Below, one piece after another: positions 27,699 to 35,605 of a stretch of 38,692 nt of DNA. The position numbers and the translations under genes were made by a program. How positions within the stretch are numbered: position 1 is the first letter of the stretch; each line of letters opens with the position of its first letter. A model generated the notes under the pieces. That model searched no databases and was not told the origin of the DNA. It saw nothing but the letters and a program-made list of their open reading frames with translations. The stretch covers positions 1 to 38,692 of the IMG/VR virus record IMGVR_UViG_3300020441_000430, one strand, 5' to 3'. Source of the stretch: a virus. Taxonomy: Duplodnaviria > Caudoviricetes.

Positions 27699-28208
27699 TT
27701 ATTCAGAATCAGTTAATGCACTTAAAACATTATCTGGTGCAGAGGCCTCATATGGGTCTGTATCTGCCAAGTCTCTCATATCATCTTCTGCAAAGATATG
27801 TTCAACTGTATTATTGTTGATCACCATTGCATATCTCCATGATCTTTTACCAAAACCTAGATTACCTTTTTCAACTAATGCACCAATTTTTGATGTCCAC
27901 TCAAAGTTTCCATCTGGTAATGCTTTTACATTCTTGATGCCTTGATTCTCGAACCATGCATTCATTACAAATGAATCGTTTACTGATAAACAATAAACCT
28001 CATCTATGCCTGCATCTTGAAAATCATTATAGAGTTCTTCATAACCTGGTAATTGTTGAGACGAACAAGTCGGAGTAAATGCACCTGGAAGTGCAAATAT
28101 TAATACTCTCTTTTCTGCAAATGATTGAACAGTATTTAAACTCTGCCAATCATCATCTTGTCTAAAATTAAACCAAATACTAGGTATTGAATCGCCAACA
28201 TTTATCAT
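27699..28208 (-). CDS. peroxiredoxin (Prx5-like)
   Basis: LPGAFTPTCS, SVND.FVM.AW, RSWRYAM motifs. Confidence 0.92.
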   Translation of the reverse strand: MINVGDSIPSIWFNFRQDDDWQSLNTVQSFAEKRVLIFALPGAFTPTCSSQQLPGYEELYNDFQDAGIDEVYCLSVNDSFVMNAWFENQGIKNVKALPDGNFEWTSKIGALVEKGNLGFGKRSWRYAMVINNNTVEHIFAEDDMRDLADTDPYEASAPDNVLSALTDSE

Positions 28209-28227
28209 AATAAATCCCTTTCAAAAT

Positions 28228-28300
28228 TGGAGCGAGATAGAAGAGTTGCACTTCTATCTCCTAACTGGTAGTTAGGTATTTTGCTTTAAACTAATCTCGC
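28228..28300 (-). tRNA. atypical tRNA-Gly, anticodon ACC, CCA encoded
   Basis: GCGAGAT/ATCTCGC acceptor stem plus U73-CCA; anticodon arm CCTAA-CTACCAG-TTAGG; T-arm AGAAG-TGCAACT-CTTCT; D-loop lacks GG. Confidence 0.8.
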
Positions 28301-28307
28301 ACTTTCC

Positions 28308-28346
28308 ATATTACTAAAGAACTCTATAAATTGCAAGTGGTTTTTT
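28308..28346 (-). promoter_or_regulatory. promoter for the tRNA (AAAAAACCAC class)
   Basis: AAAAAACCAC-TTGCAA-17 nt-TAATAT, ending 7 nt before tRNA G1. Confidence 0.65.
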
Positions 28347-28351
28347 AAAAA

Positions 28352-28762
28352 TTATTTAATTTTTATTACTTGCGGTTTTTCTTCTTCTGGAACTTCTCTT
28401 TCTAACGAGATTACTAGAAGACCATTAACACAATTTGCAGACTTGACTTTGACATGTTCGCCAAGAGTCCATGATCTTTTGAAACTTCTTTCTGAAATTC
28501 CTTTATGGACAAAATCTAAGTCTTGTCTTGTGGTATTGTCGCCTATTACTGTCAATATTGAATCTTTAAACTCAATATTTAATTCTTCTTTGTTGAAACC
28601 TGCCACTGCTAACTCAATGAGATAAGAGTCGTCTGAGGACTTAATCACATTGTAGGGTGGGAAGTTGTCGTTGATATTCGAGATTCTCTCCATGTCTGAA
28701 AAGAGTTTATCGAATCCTATTGAAAACGGTCTGAATTGACCAAATGTATCTATACTTGTCAT
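28352..28762 (-). CDS. hsp20: small heat-shock protein Hsp20 (IbpA-like)
   Basis: IGFD, FPPYNV, IELAVAGF, HKGISERSF.R, NGLL.I.L; AAGGAG SD before ATG 28762. Confidence 0.93.
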   Translation of the reverse strand: MTSIDTFGQFRPFSIGFDKLFSDMERISNINDNFPPYNVIKSSDDSYLIELAVAGFNKEELNIEFKDSILTVIGDNTTRQDLDFVHKGISERSFKRSWTLGEHVKVKSANCVNGLLVISLEREVPEEEKPQVIKIK

Positions 28763-28774
28763 AGTTTCTCCTTT

Positions 28775-29057
28775 ATTAAGCAAGTTGTAGTTCTAATCCC
28801 CTTATGGGCAATTAGGCGTATGAATCTCTTTAAACCCGAGCTTCGAGAAGCTCTTTTTAAGATTCAAAGAGTTCATACTAAAACTTTTATTCTTCCTCTG
28901 TGTCGATTCTAGAACTCGTTTCTGGTCGAATAAAAGGTTGAGTTGATATAGTCGGTTTCTTAATCTTACGATTTAGTCACCCTTATATCGCCTCAGTTAG
29001 TTATCAAAAACACCTGCGTTTTGATTATTCATCGCCGACAAGCAAATTTAATAACTA
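28775..29057 (-). ncRNA. candidate structured RNA or long 5' leader of hsp20
   Basis: ORF-free; a series of hairpins downstream of the promoter at 29063-29102. Confidence 0.5.
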
Positions 29058-29062
29058 GGATC

Positions 29063-29102
29063 ATTATATAGTGTTTTTACCCACTTTTTCAAGTGGTTTT
29101 TT
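29063..29102 (-). promoter_or_regulatory. sigma70-type promoter (AAAAAACCAC class)
   Basis: AAAAAACCAC-TTGAAA-18 nt-TATAAT. Confidence 0.65.
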
Positions 29103-29115
29103 CAATTTTTTTTAA

Positions 29116-29214
29116 TTAATTGATACTATTGATTACTCTAGGTAATCGACCTGACTTCATAAGTCTGTGAAATTTGTCTGCGTAGTAGGCAGACAATGAT
29201 GCTAATTTACGCAT
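29116..29214 (-). CDS. small basic peptide (32 aa, not in ORF track)
   Basis: MRKLASLSAYYADKFHRLMKSGRLPRVINSIN with AGGAG SD. Confidence 0.55.
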   Translation of the reverse strand: MRKLASLSAYYADKFHRLMKSGRLPRVINSIN

Positions 29215-29314
29215 TTTTATCTCCTATAATGTATGGTGACTATCCGTGAATGACATTCGATTGCTCTACTTGTTCTTGTCACATAATTGTCACAAAAGTA
29301 TTTAGTATATTATA

Positions 29315-29524
29315 CTAGTTAAATACTATATTTGCAAGGCCTTTTTTGTTTCTTCTGACTAACTCGTTTCTAACTTTCTGTCTTTTCTTTGCTGGGTTAT
29401 CAATTTTGTTATAATATTCAAGTAGTTCTTTCAGACTTTTGCATTTCATATAATTATGTTCTACAGTTCGTCTTCTTGTACCTCTTTCTAATTTAACAAC
29501 CGATGGTGAAAATTTAACTGGCAT
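29315..29524 (-). CDS. small basic conserved hypothetical protein
   Basis: 69 aa; AGGAG SD; K.RQK.RNELVRR motif. Confidence 0.6.
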   Translation of the reverse strand: MPVKFSPSVVKLERGTRRRTVEHNYMKCKSLKELLEYYNKIDNPAKKRQKVRNELVRRNKKGLANIVFN

Positions 29525-30086
29525 TATTCTCCTTTTGTTTTTGTATTTCTTTATAGTTTGTGTGTGTCTGTATTGTTATCTCTGGTATTTCTATACTAGG
29601 ATAACTTGTTATTAACATATAAATCATACTACTTATATCTTGCCAACTAAGGCTAGGTAAATCATGGTTTATAAGACCTAGATTTAGTGTAGTAAGTTTA
29701 TATTTTTTATCTGAGTTATAAGTTAAGTTATTACTCAAATGATTTAATGATGCTTTCTGAGATGCATACATGTAACCTTTAGATATATTTGGTTGTGATG
29801 CACGAGATGAGAAGTTAATAATAAACTTAGTCTCATCATCATACCATGCACGATTAACTATTTCTAAAATTTTTGTTTGGTCAAAATCTCTATGTGCAAA
29901 GTTAATTAACACATCTAGATTATTAGGATTATCGTAGTCAAATCCCCAAAAGTTCGTATCATTCATAATAATATCATCTATTCTTGGTGTTGATACTTTG
30001 ATTGTCTCACCTTGATATGGTGTTGACTCTAATGTATTCTTTATGTTCTCTGCGAGACCACTACTTCCTGTTATTGCTACTTTCAT
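29514..30086 (-). CDS. SDR-like NAD(P)-binding oxidoreductase
   Basis: AITG.SGL, IINFSS and YxxxK (YASQK) motifs. Confidence 0.7.
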   Translation of the reverse strand: MKVAITGSSGLAENIKNTLESTPYQGETIKVSTPRIDDIIMNDTNFWGFDYDNPNNLDVLINFAHRDFDQTKILEIVNRAWYDDETKFIINFSSRASQPNISKGYMYASQKASLNHLSNNLTYNSDKKYKLTTLNLGLINHDLPSLSWQDISSMIYMLITSYPSIEIPEITIQTHTNYKEIQKQKENNAS

Positions 30087-31026
30087 AATATTCCTTAATC
30101 AAATCAAAAGATGGTTTACCAAACAACGAACCATCTACACTACATTTATTACATGGTGAATGTGAACGATCACCTTTCATTAATCTTTTTCTAATCTTAG
30201 TCATAGGTTTACTAAACCATACATCATGCATAGATTGTTGCATGAGATTGCCCACAACATGTTCTTTGCCCCAATCGTTAGAACAAAACAAAACATCGCC
30301 ATTCCAATCTACAAACATTTTATAAAAAGGATAATGACATGGTTTACCTTTGAGTGATGTGATATCTGATTCTTCTATGCCGACCCAATCCATTACACCA
30401 CTACGATTGTTTAATATTAAACCATGTTTCTCAAAGTCGCCCCAATGCATACGATACTTAAATTGATTCTCATTGATTCTTGCATCAGCCATCATTTGAT
30501 CAAAATGTTCCATTTGATGTATACCATCATAAAGGTTTATATAAAGTAAGTCTAGACCATTCCGTATTAAATCTCGTGTATATTGAACAGTTAATTTATC
30601 TCCGTTTGTATTGCATTCTAAAGTTGCAGTAGGAAGATGAAATCTAAACATCTTTACTATTTCTCTAAAGTTAGGATTTAATAAGTTTTCACCAAATCCA
30701 CTAAATGATATTTTACCTTGATATTGATTGTTTGCAAGTTCTTCTGCAATAAGGTCTGCACCCTTAACAGTTAGATGTAAGTTTTTATTATCATAGATTT
30801 TTGGGTCGTGTCTAGGACAAAATACACATTTACGATTACATAGTTCTGTTGTATTAATCTCTACAGTAAGAATAGAATCTAATGGACTTTGACCAACAAC
30901 TTTCTTCCAATGTTTTTTCTCTTGTTGTCTTCTATGATCTAAAAAATCATATTGGTCAACTGCCTGTATTGGTATGTTTCTTTTATCTTTTTTCACAATG
31001 TCTTTGTGCTTTTTGCAACACTTCAT
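30061..31026 (-). CDS. radical SAM protein with SPASM/twitch domain
   Basis: CNRKCVFC motif; C-terminal C..PF...G.V..C..D and C..C; true start may be GTG 30996. Confidence 0.9.
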   Translation of the reverse strand: MKCCKKHKDIVKKDKRNIPIQAVDQYDFLDHRRQQEKKHWKKVVGQSPLDSILTVEINTTELCNRKCVFCPRHDPKIYDNKNLHLTVKGADLIAEELANNQYQGKISFSGFGENLLNPNFREIVKMFRFHLPTATLECNTNGDKLTVQYTRDLIRNGLDLLYINLYDGIHQMEHFDQMMADARINENQFKYRMHWGDFEKHGLILNNRSGVMDWVGIEESDITSLKGKPCHYPFYKMFVDWNGDVLFCSNDWGKEHVVGNLMQQSMHDVWFSKPMTKIRKRLMKGDRSHSPCNKCSVDGSLFGKPSFDLIKEYYESSNNRK

Positions 31027-31588
31027 AATTATTTAATATCACAAGTGACATAACTGTATTAATACTTCTTATTGATTTTGCAGTCAATCTATCATTATTA
31101 TAATCAATCTGAAAAGCAGGAGTTAATACTGCAACTTTTGTATATAACATACTTCTTCTAGACGGTGTATCACCTAAAAAAGGATTTATTTCTTTAACAC
31201 AATTATATTTAAGTCCACGAGTAGTCGTATAAACATCTGCAAGTTGTAAACCAACAAAGACTGCCCAATCAGCAGGTGTAGGTGGGTCAACTAAATCAAA
31301 TCGGTGTATATATTCGAACCTTTTCTGACTTGCCTTTGACAAGTATCCTATCGACTTCTGTAAATGCTCTTTCTGGACAGAGTTGATAAGTTCGTTCCGA
31401 TAACAACAAGTCCACCCCCTCATAATTGCGTGTTTGTCCTTCGAGTCTAGCACCCAGGTTGACGGCATCTCCGATGACGGAATAGTCAAATCTAAGTTCT
31501 GAACCCATGTTTCCGACAATGCATTCGCCTGAACTGATACCGATGCCCACATTAATAGGAGGCAGGTTAAGAGGTTTAAGTTCTTCAT
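30983..31588 (-). CDS. hypothetical secreted/membrane protein; start uncertain, overlaps cyclase gene
   Basis: LQLADVYTT..GL....E.NP motif (DUF5658-like) in the non-overlapping part. Confidence 0.5.
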   Translation of the reverse strand: MKNLNLLTCLLLMWASVSVQANALSETWVQNLDLTIPSSEMPSTWVLDSKDKHAIMRGWTCCYRNELINSVQKEHLQKSIGYLSKASQKRFEYIHRFDLVDPPTPADWAVFVGLQLADVYTTTRGLKYNCVKEINPFLGDTPSRRSMLYTKVAVLTPAFQIDYNNDRLTAKSIRSINTVMSLVILNNYEVLQKAQRHCEKR

Positions 31589-33137
31589 TTAATTTCTCCG
31601 TTGCAACTAATACTTCTAGTGCAGATTTTACGGCAAGTTCGGCATGGTCTTCACAATCCAAGGGAGCATTCCAAAAACTCATGATACAATCGCCCATATA
31701 CTTGTCAATAGTTCCTTTATTATTTAGTATGATTTTAGTTTGCACATCCAAGAACTTGTTTATGAGTTCTACTAATCCTTCTGGATCATCTTTGTTCTTA
31801 TATGCCTCGCTTATAGGAGTAAATCCGCAAATGTCCATGAACATGAATGTCATTTCTCTTCTCTCACCACCTAGTTTAAGTTTACTAGGGTCTTTTTGTA
31901 GTTCTTCAACCATCTCAGGAGATAAATATTTTTTGAATTGCTTTTTAATTTGTTCTTTGAGTTGATAAGTGATATAGTATTTGTTGAAAGAAGCATGTCC
32001 AAAAACCACTACGGAGGCTAACGATGAGTAGAAAATATCGAAAAGAACGAGTGATGAAGACCACAAATAGAAACCCCCACCCACCTGAAACGCAACGATA
32101 CCTAGACTCGCTATCGCCGAAACAGTTGTGGGAAGTTTGTAAACCGATACCCATATTCCTAAAAGAACTATCAAAAGAAGAGCAACTTCAAGAAATTCAA
32201 AATAGTAGGATTGCTGTATTTGAACTCCTGTCAAAAAGGTTTGGATTTGGTTTGCTTGCACTTCATGGGGATACATTGCACCCATTGGGGTTGAAACTGG
32301 ATTACTCAATCCCTCAGCAGTCAGACCATAAATAAGAATCTTATTTTCAATATCTGATTCTTTTAAATCTGCAAAAGATATAGAATCAAATTGATTCCAA
32401 TATGATATCATAACATCGGCAGTAGATGTTGTCTCTATGGGTTTACTACGACCCATTCTAATCCATTCTATGCCTGCATCTTCTGTGACTCTTGTTTGAT
32501 AATTTCTGTGATCACCCAATGCCCTTAATGTTTCTAATGCTAAACTAGGATAAACTACATCATTCGCCATGACAATAGCAGGAGCGGAACGGATAGTCTG
32601 GTCGAAGTTAGGTGTATTTGGCACTGATGGTGTTGCAATTGTGACACCCATTCCGTATGCAGAATCTTGTAAGAACTGCGTAGGACTTATAAGTCCGTCA
32701 AACTGCCATACATGTTCTTTGATGGCACCACCTCCAAAAACACTCGTGTTTACATAAGGTGCGTTACCTTCACCCGTTTGCGTGGTCGGTGCGGAAGATA
32801 AAACTGTTAATCTATTTTGTAATCCATTTGCAAAGTATTCGTCTTGACCAAATCTATCTTCTTCTGCAAATAGTATATTGAATACATGAGTATTTGAGTG
32901 ATGTGTTTCCCATAATGTATCTGCATATACATCTCTAGGGAATGGATATTGACCATACTTCTCTATAGATTTCTCATCTATATTAACTAGAAGTATATCT
33001 TCTACTTGTTCTTTTTCTTTTGTTGAATGTAGATAATCAAAGTAAGACCATTTGATATTATCTACTATATACGGTGACCAAATCTTTAGCCCTAACAGTA
33101 TCAGCACTGATACTGCGACTGTTTTCCATGAATACAT
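31296..33137 (-). CDS. CHASE2-domain membrane-bound class III adenylate cyclase
   Basis: IDEKS....GQYPFPR (CHASE2), three TM helices, FMDICGF, DKYMGD and GDAVNLGARLE catalytic motifs. Confidence 0.92.
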   Translation of the reverse strand: MYSWKTVAVSVLILLGLKIWSPYIVDNIKWSYFDYLHSTKEKEQVEDILLVNIDEKSIEKYGQYPFPRDVYADTLWETHHSNTHVFNILFAEEDRFGQDEYFANGLQNRLTVLSSAPTTQTGEGNAPYVNTSVFGGGAIKEHVWQFDGLISPTQFLQDSAYGMGVTIATPSVPNTPNFDQTIRSAPAIVMANDVVYPSLALETLRALGDHRNYQTRVTEDAGIEWIRMGRSKPIETTSTADVMISYWNQFDSISFADLKESDIENKILIYGLTAEGLSNPVSTPMGAMYPHEVQANQIQTFLTGVQIQQSYYFEFLEVALLLIVLLGIWVSVYKLPTTVSAIASLGIVAFQVGGGFYLWSSSLVLFDIFYSSLASVVVFGHASFNKYYITYQLKEQIKKQFKKYLSPEMVEELQKDPSKLKLGGERREMTFMFMDICGFTPISEAYKNKDDPEGLVELINKFLDVQTKIILNNKGTIDKYMGDCIMSFWNAPLDCEDHAELAVKSALEVLVATEKLNEELKPLNLPPINVGIGISSGECIVGNMGSELRFDYSVIGDAVNLGARLEGQTRNYEGVDLLLSERTYQLCPERAFTEVDRILVKGKSEKVRIYTPI

Positions 33138-33793
33138 TAATTACCTTGTGTCACATTGACTGTGCAACCACCAACTGTATAACAACTTTGAGTTAGTGTG
33201 TAAGTCTGATTTGTCCCGCCTTGCTGAAGTAAATTTAAAATTGTATGTTCTGACCCTGTTATTGTGATTTGTGCATTATGAGATGCATCGCCTTTCTGCA
33301 TCATTGTAGATTCTGAATCATCTGTATTACCATACCAATATATGTGTGCGTAATGACTGCCTGAACCCTCTTGATGCATATCGTGTTCTACGCCATCAAC
33401 ATGTATATCTATGTAGTGTGTATGCGTTCCGTTTTGATATACATCGACTGTATTAGTATCGCCCCATATATGACGACCATATGTTGCACCATTTAACTGT
33501 TGTATGTTTTCGGTATTATCAACACCATCTACATCACCACCCCAACTCTTACCAGAACCCCAATAAGGAACCCATGAAATAGTATTACCATTTCCACTTT
33601 GTGATAAGTTGAATGTGTTGCCTGCGTGTGCAAAAGAAAAGTCTATGAAATTGCCATATCCTATTTGTTCTATGTTTAAATTGAGATCATCACCACTGCC
33701 AACTTGTTCTACATGAACATGATTGTCATCAGTAGGACCAGCAAATACTGATACTGATAATAAACTAATTAGACTGATTAATATAAATTTCAA
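33137..33793 (-). CDS. secreted curlin-like repeat protein (His-rich)
   Basis: Signal peptide; repeated Q.G..N / I.Q.G units. Confidence 0.7.
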   Translation of the reverse strand: MKFILISLISLLSVSVFAGPTDDNHVHVEQVGSGDDLNLNIEQIGYGNFIDFSFAHAGNTFNLSQSGNGNTISWVPYWGSGKSWGGDVDGVDNTENIQQLNGATYGRHIWGDTNTVDVYQNGTHTHYIDIHVDGVEHDMHQEGSGSHYAHIYWYGNTDDSESTMMQKGDASHNAQITITGSEHTILNLLQQGGTNQTYTLTQSCYTVGGCTVNVTQGN

Positions 33794-34916
33794 TTCCTTC
33801 TCCTCTTCCGAAAGTTATTATGCCTGAGTATCCTTCTACATCTGTTTCTAATGTTCCTGAATTACCAGCGGCTATTATTATATTTATGACTCCGTTTACA
33901 TTACGGAAGAAAACTAAGTCACCATCTTGTTCAAAAACATTGTATTGTGAATCTTTATTGAAACCAACTGTTGCACCTTGTAGTGTAAAAGTAGCGGTGC
34001 CTGTTTGTGCTTGTGTATCTCCTAATGAGACTGTAGTTTTTTCTAGTTCTTCTATGACATCTAGTAAGTCTGTGAGATAGTCAACATCTAAGAAGTCTAT
34101 ATCTAATTCTGAAAACTCCAGATCACCTTTAGTATTTTCAAGTGCATCTTGTTCTAATTCATTAAACTCTAAAAAGTCTACATCTAATATGCCTTGATCT
34201 TGGTCATTTTCATCTTGATAATTTTCTTCTATTTGATTTCTTATTTCTGACGGTGGATTTACAATAAACATATTATCAATTAGATTCGGTGTGATACCTT
34301 GAATGATTACTGATTGTGTAGGTGCTGAATCATATGATGATACTACTGTAGCCGCATATGCCTCTGTTAATACAACTTCGCCACCATCGTTGTATACAAC
34401 TATTTCGCCTGATGATGCACCTGTCTCTTCATCAGGAAGTAAAACAACCATTGTCCTTCCGAGTTCATCGATGGTTGTAGTAAAATCTGTCCCTCTCATT
34501 GTGATGTTTGCAGTTGGTGTTGAAACATCTACATTTTGTTTTTTAATTCTATTACCAGCACCTGAGGCAAAACGAGCAGTGCCTCTGACCATGCTGATTG
34601 CCATTTTAGATTTACTTGGGTCTGGGTCGTAATATGCCTCGTCAATGTAGACAAGACTATTCTCTGTTAATGAAAGTTTCTCTTCGTCTAAAAACTGTAT
34701 TAACATTCTGCCATTAGCAGTTTCGGCTTCATCGTATATGTTTACATCTGTTCCGACATCTGATTGAAGTCGATTCGATTCTCGCACAAGTGATGTGACA
34801 CCTGTAGATTCTATAACACCACCGATGGGTTCGCCATAAACGAACCCACTGATGATTAAAAGACTAGCTATCGTTAGCTGCGTCTTTCTGATTGATTTGA
34901 ATAACACTGTTATCAC
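33765..34916 (-). CDS. FecR-domain protein
   Basis: Signal-like N-terminus; T..GR..I.F.D...L.L.ENS, G..RF.SG, TPTA.I..RGTDF motifs; acidic C-terminal region. Confidence 0.85.
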   Translation of the reverse strand: MITVLFKSIRKTQLTIASLLIISGFVYGEPIGGVIESTGVTSLVRESNRLQSDVGTDVNIYDEAETANGRMLIQFLDEEKLSLTENSLVYIDEAYYDPDPSKSKMAISMVRGTARFASGAGNRIKKQNVDVSTPTANITMRGTDFTTTIDELGRTMVVLLPDEETGASSGEIVVYNDGGEVVLTEAYAATVVSSYDSAPTQSVIIQGITPNLIDNMFIVNPPSEIRNQIEENYQDENDQDQGILDVDFLEFNELEQDALENTKGDLEFSELDIDFLDVDYLTDLLDVIEELEKTTVSLGDTQAQTGTATFTLQGATVGFNKDSQYNVFEQDGDLVFFRNVNGVINIIIAAGNSGTLETDVEGYSGIITFGRGEGIEIYINQSN

Positions 34917-35601
34917 TTGTTATATCTAGTGTGATGTGTGCATCAGGTGAACTACAGGCGTTAGACGCTCCGCTTGCACATGTGCCAGATATCTGATTGA
35001 TATCTACATCAGCACTGTCTCCAGTTAATTCAAAATTTAGCTCTTGTTCGCCATCATTTTGCAAAGTGTTAATGTTGTTTGAGTCACCTGTAATGTCAAA
35101 GTTCCAAACTAAGTCATCAGATTCCCAATCAACATCAAATACATTATTACTTCCAACTAAGATTAAATCGGCATTCAATCTCTCTGCACTGTAGACATAC
35201 CCTTGATCTAAATCAAAAGTATTAGAGTCACCAGTGATAGTAAATTGAATTGATGAATCGTCAGCAGAACCTTGGTAACCTATGTTCCAATCTATGCTGT
35301 TCGAATCACCTGTCAATATTAAATCGTAATCAGAAGAATCTGCGATAACTGGACCGAATAATATGTTTTGGTTACCAATCATGTCTAGATTAATATCTAA
35401 AGACTGACCAGTAATACTCATTGCTGAACCAGAACCACTTGAAAAGTCGTCTCCTCCAACTTTGTTACCAAAACCGATTTGATCAATATATAACTTCAAA
35501 GTGTCACCAGTTTGTGTTATTATAACCTCGTTATCATCAGTTGCTTGTGCGAAAACGAATGATGTCGACAAAAGTAATACTAAACTAAGTATTTTATTCA
35601 T
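34864..35601 (-). CDS. secreted curlin-like repeat protein
   Basis: Signal peptide; DNE..I.Q.GD.L...IDQ.G.GN and repeated ..GDSN.. beta-solenoid units. Confidence 0.72.
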   Translation of the reverse strand: MNKILSLVLLLSTSFVFAQATDDNEVIITQTGDTLKLYIDQIGFGNKVGGDDFSSGSGSAMSITGQSLDINLDMIGNQNILFGPVIADSSDYDLILTGDSNSIDWNIGYQGSADDSSIQFTITGDSNTFDLDQGYVYSAERLNADLILVGSNNVFDVDWESDDLVWNFDITGDSNNINTLQNDGEQELNFELTGDSADVDINQISGTCASGASNACSSPDAHITLDITSDNSVIQINQKDAANDS

Positions 35602-35605
35602 TTTC

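Noticed and set aside
28775-29057. tmRNA or RNase P RNA
   Set aside because: No tRNA-Ala-like ends, tag reading frame or P4 consensus recognised by eye
31945-32154. 69 aa minus-strand ORF inside the cyclase gene
   Set aside because: Fully nested, no SD or motif; probably a chance frame
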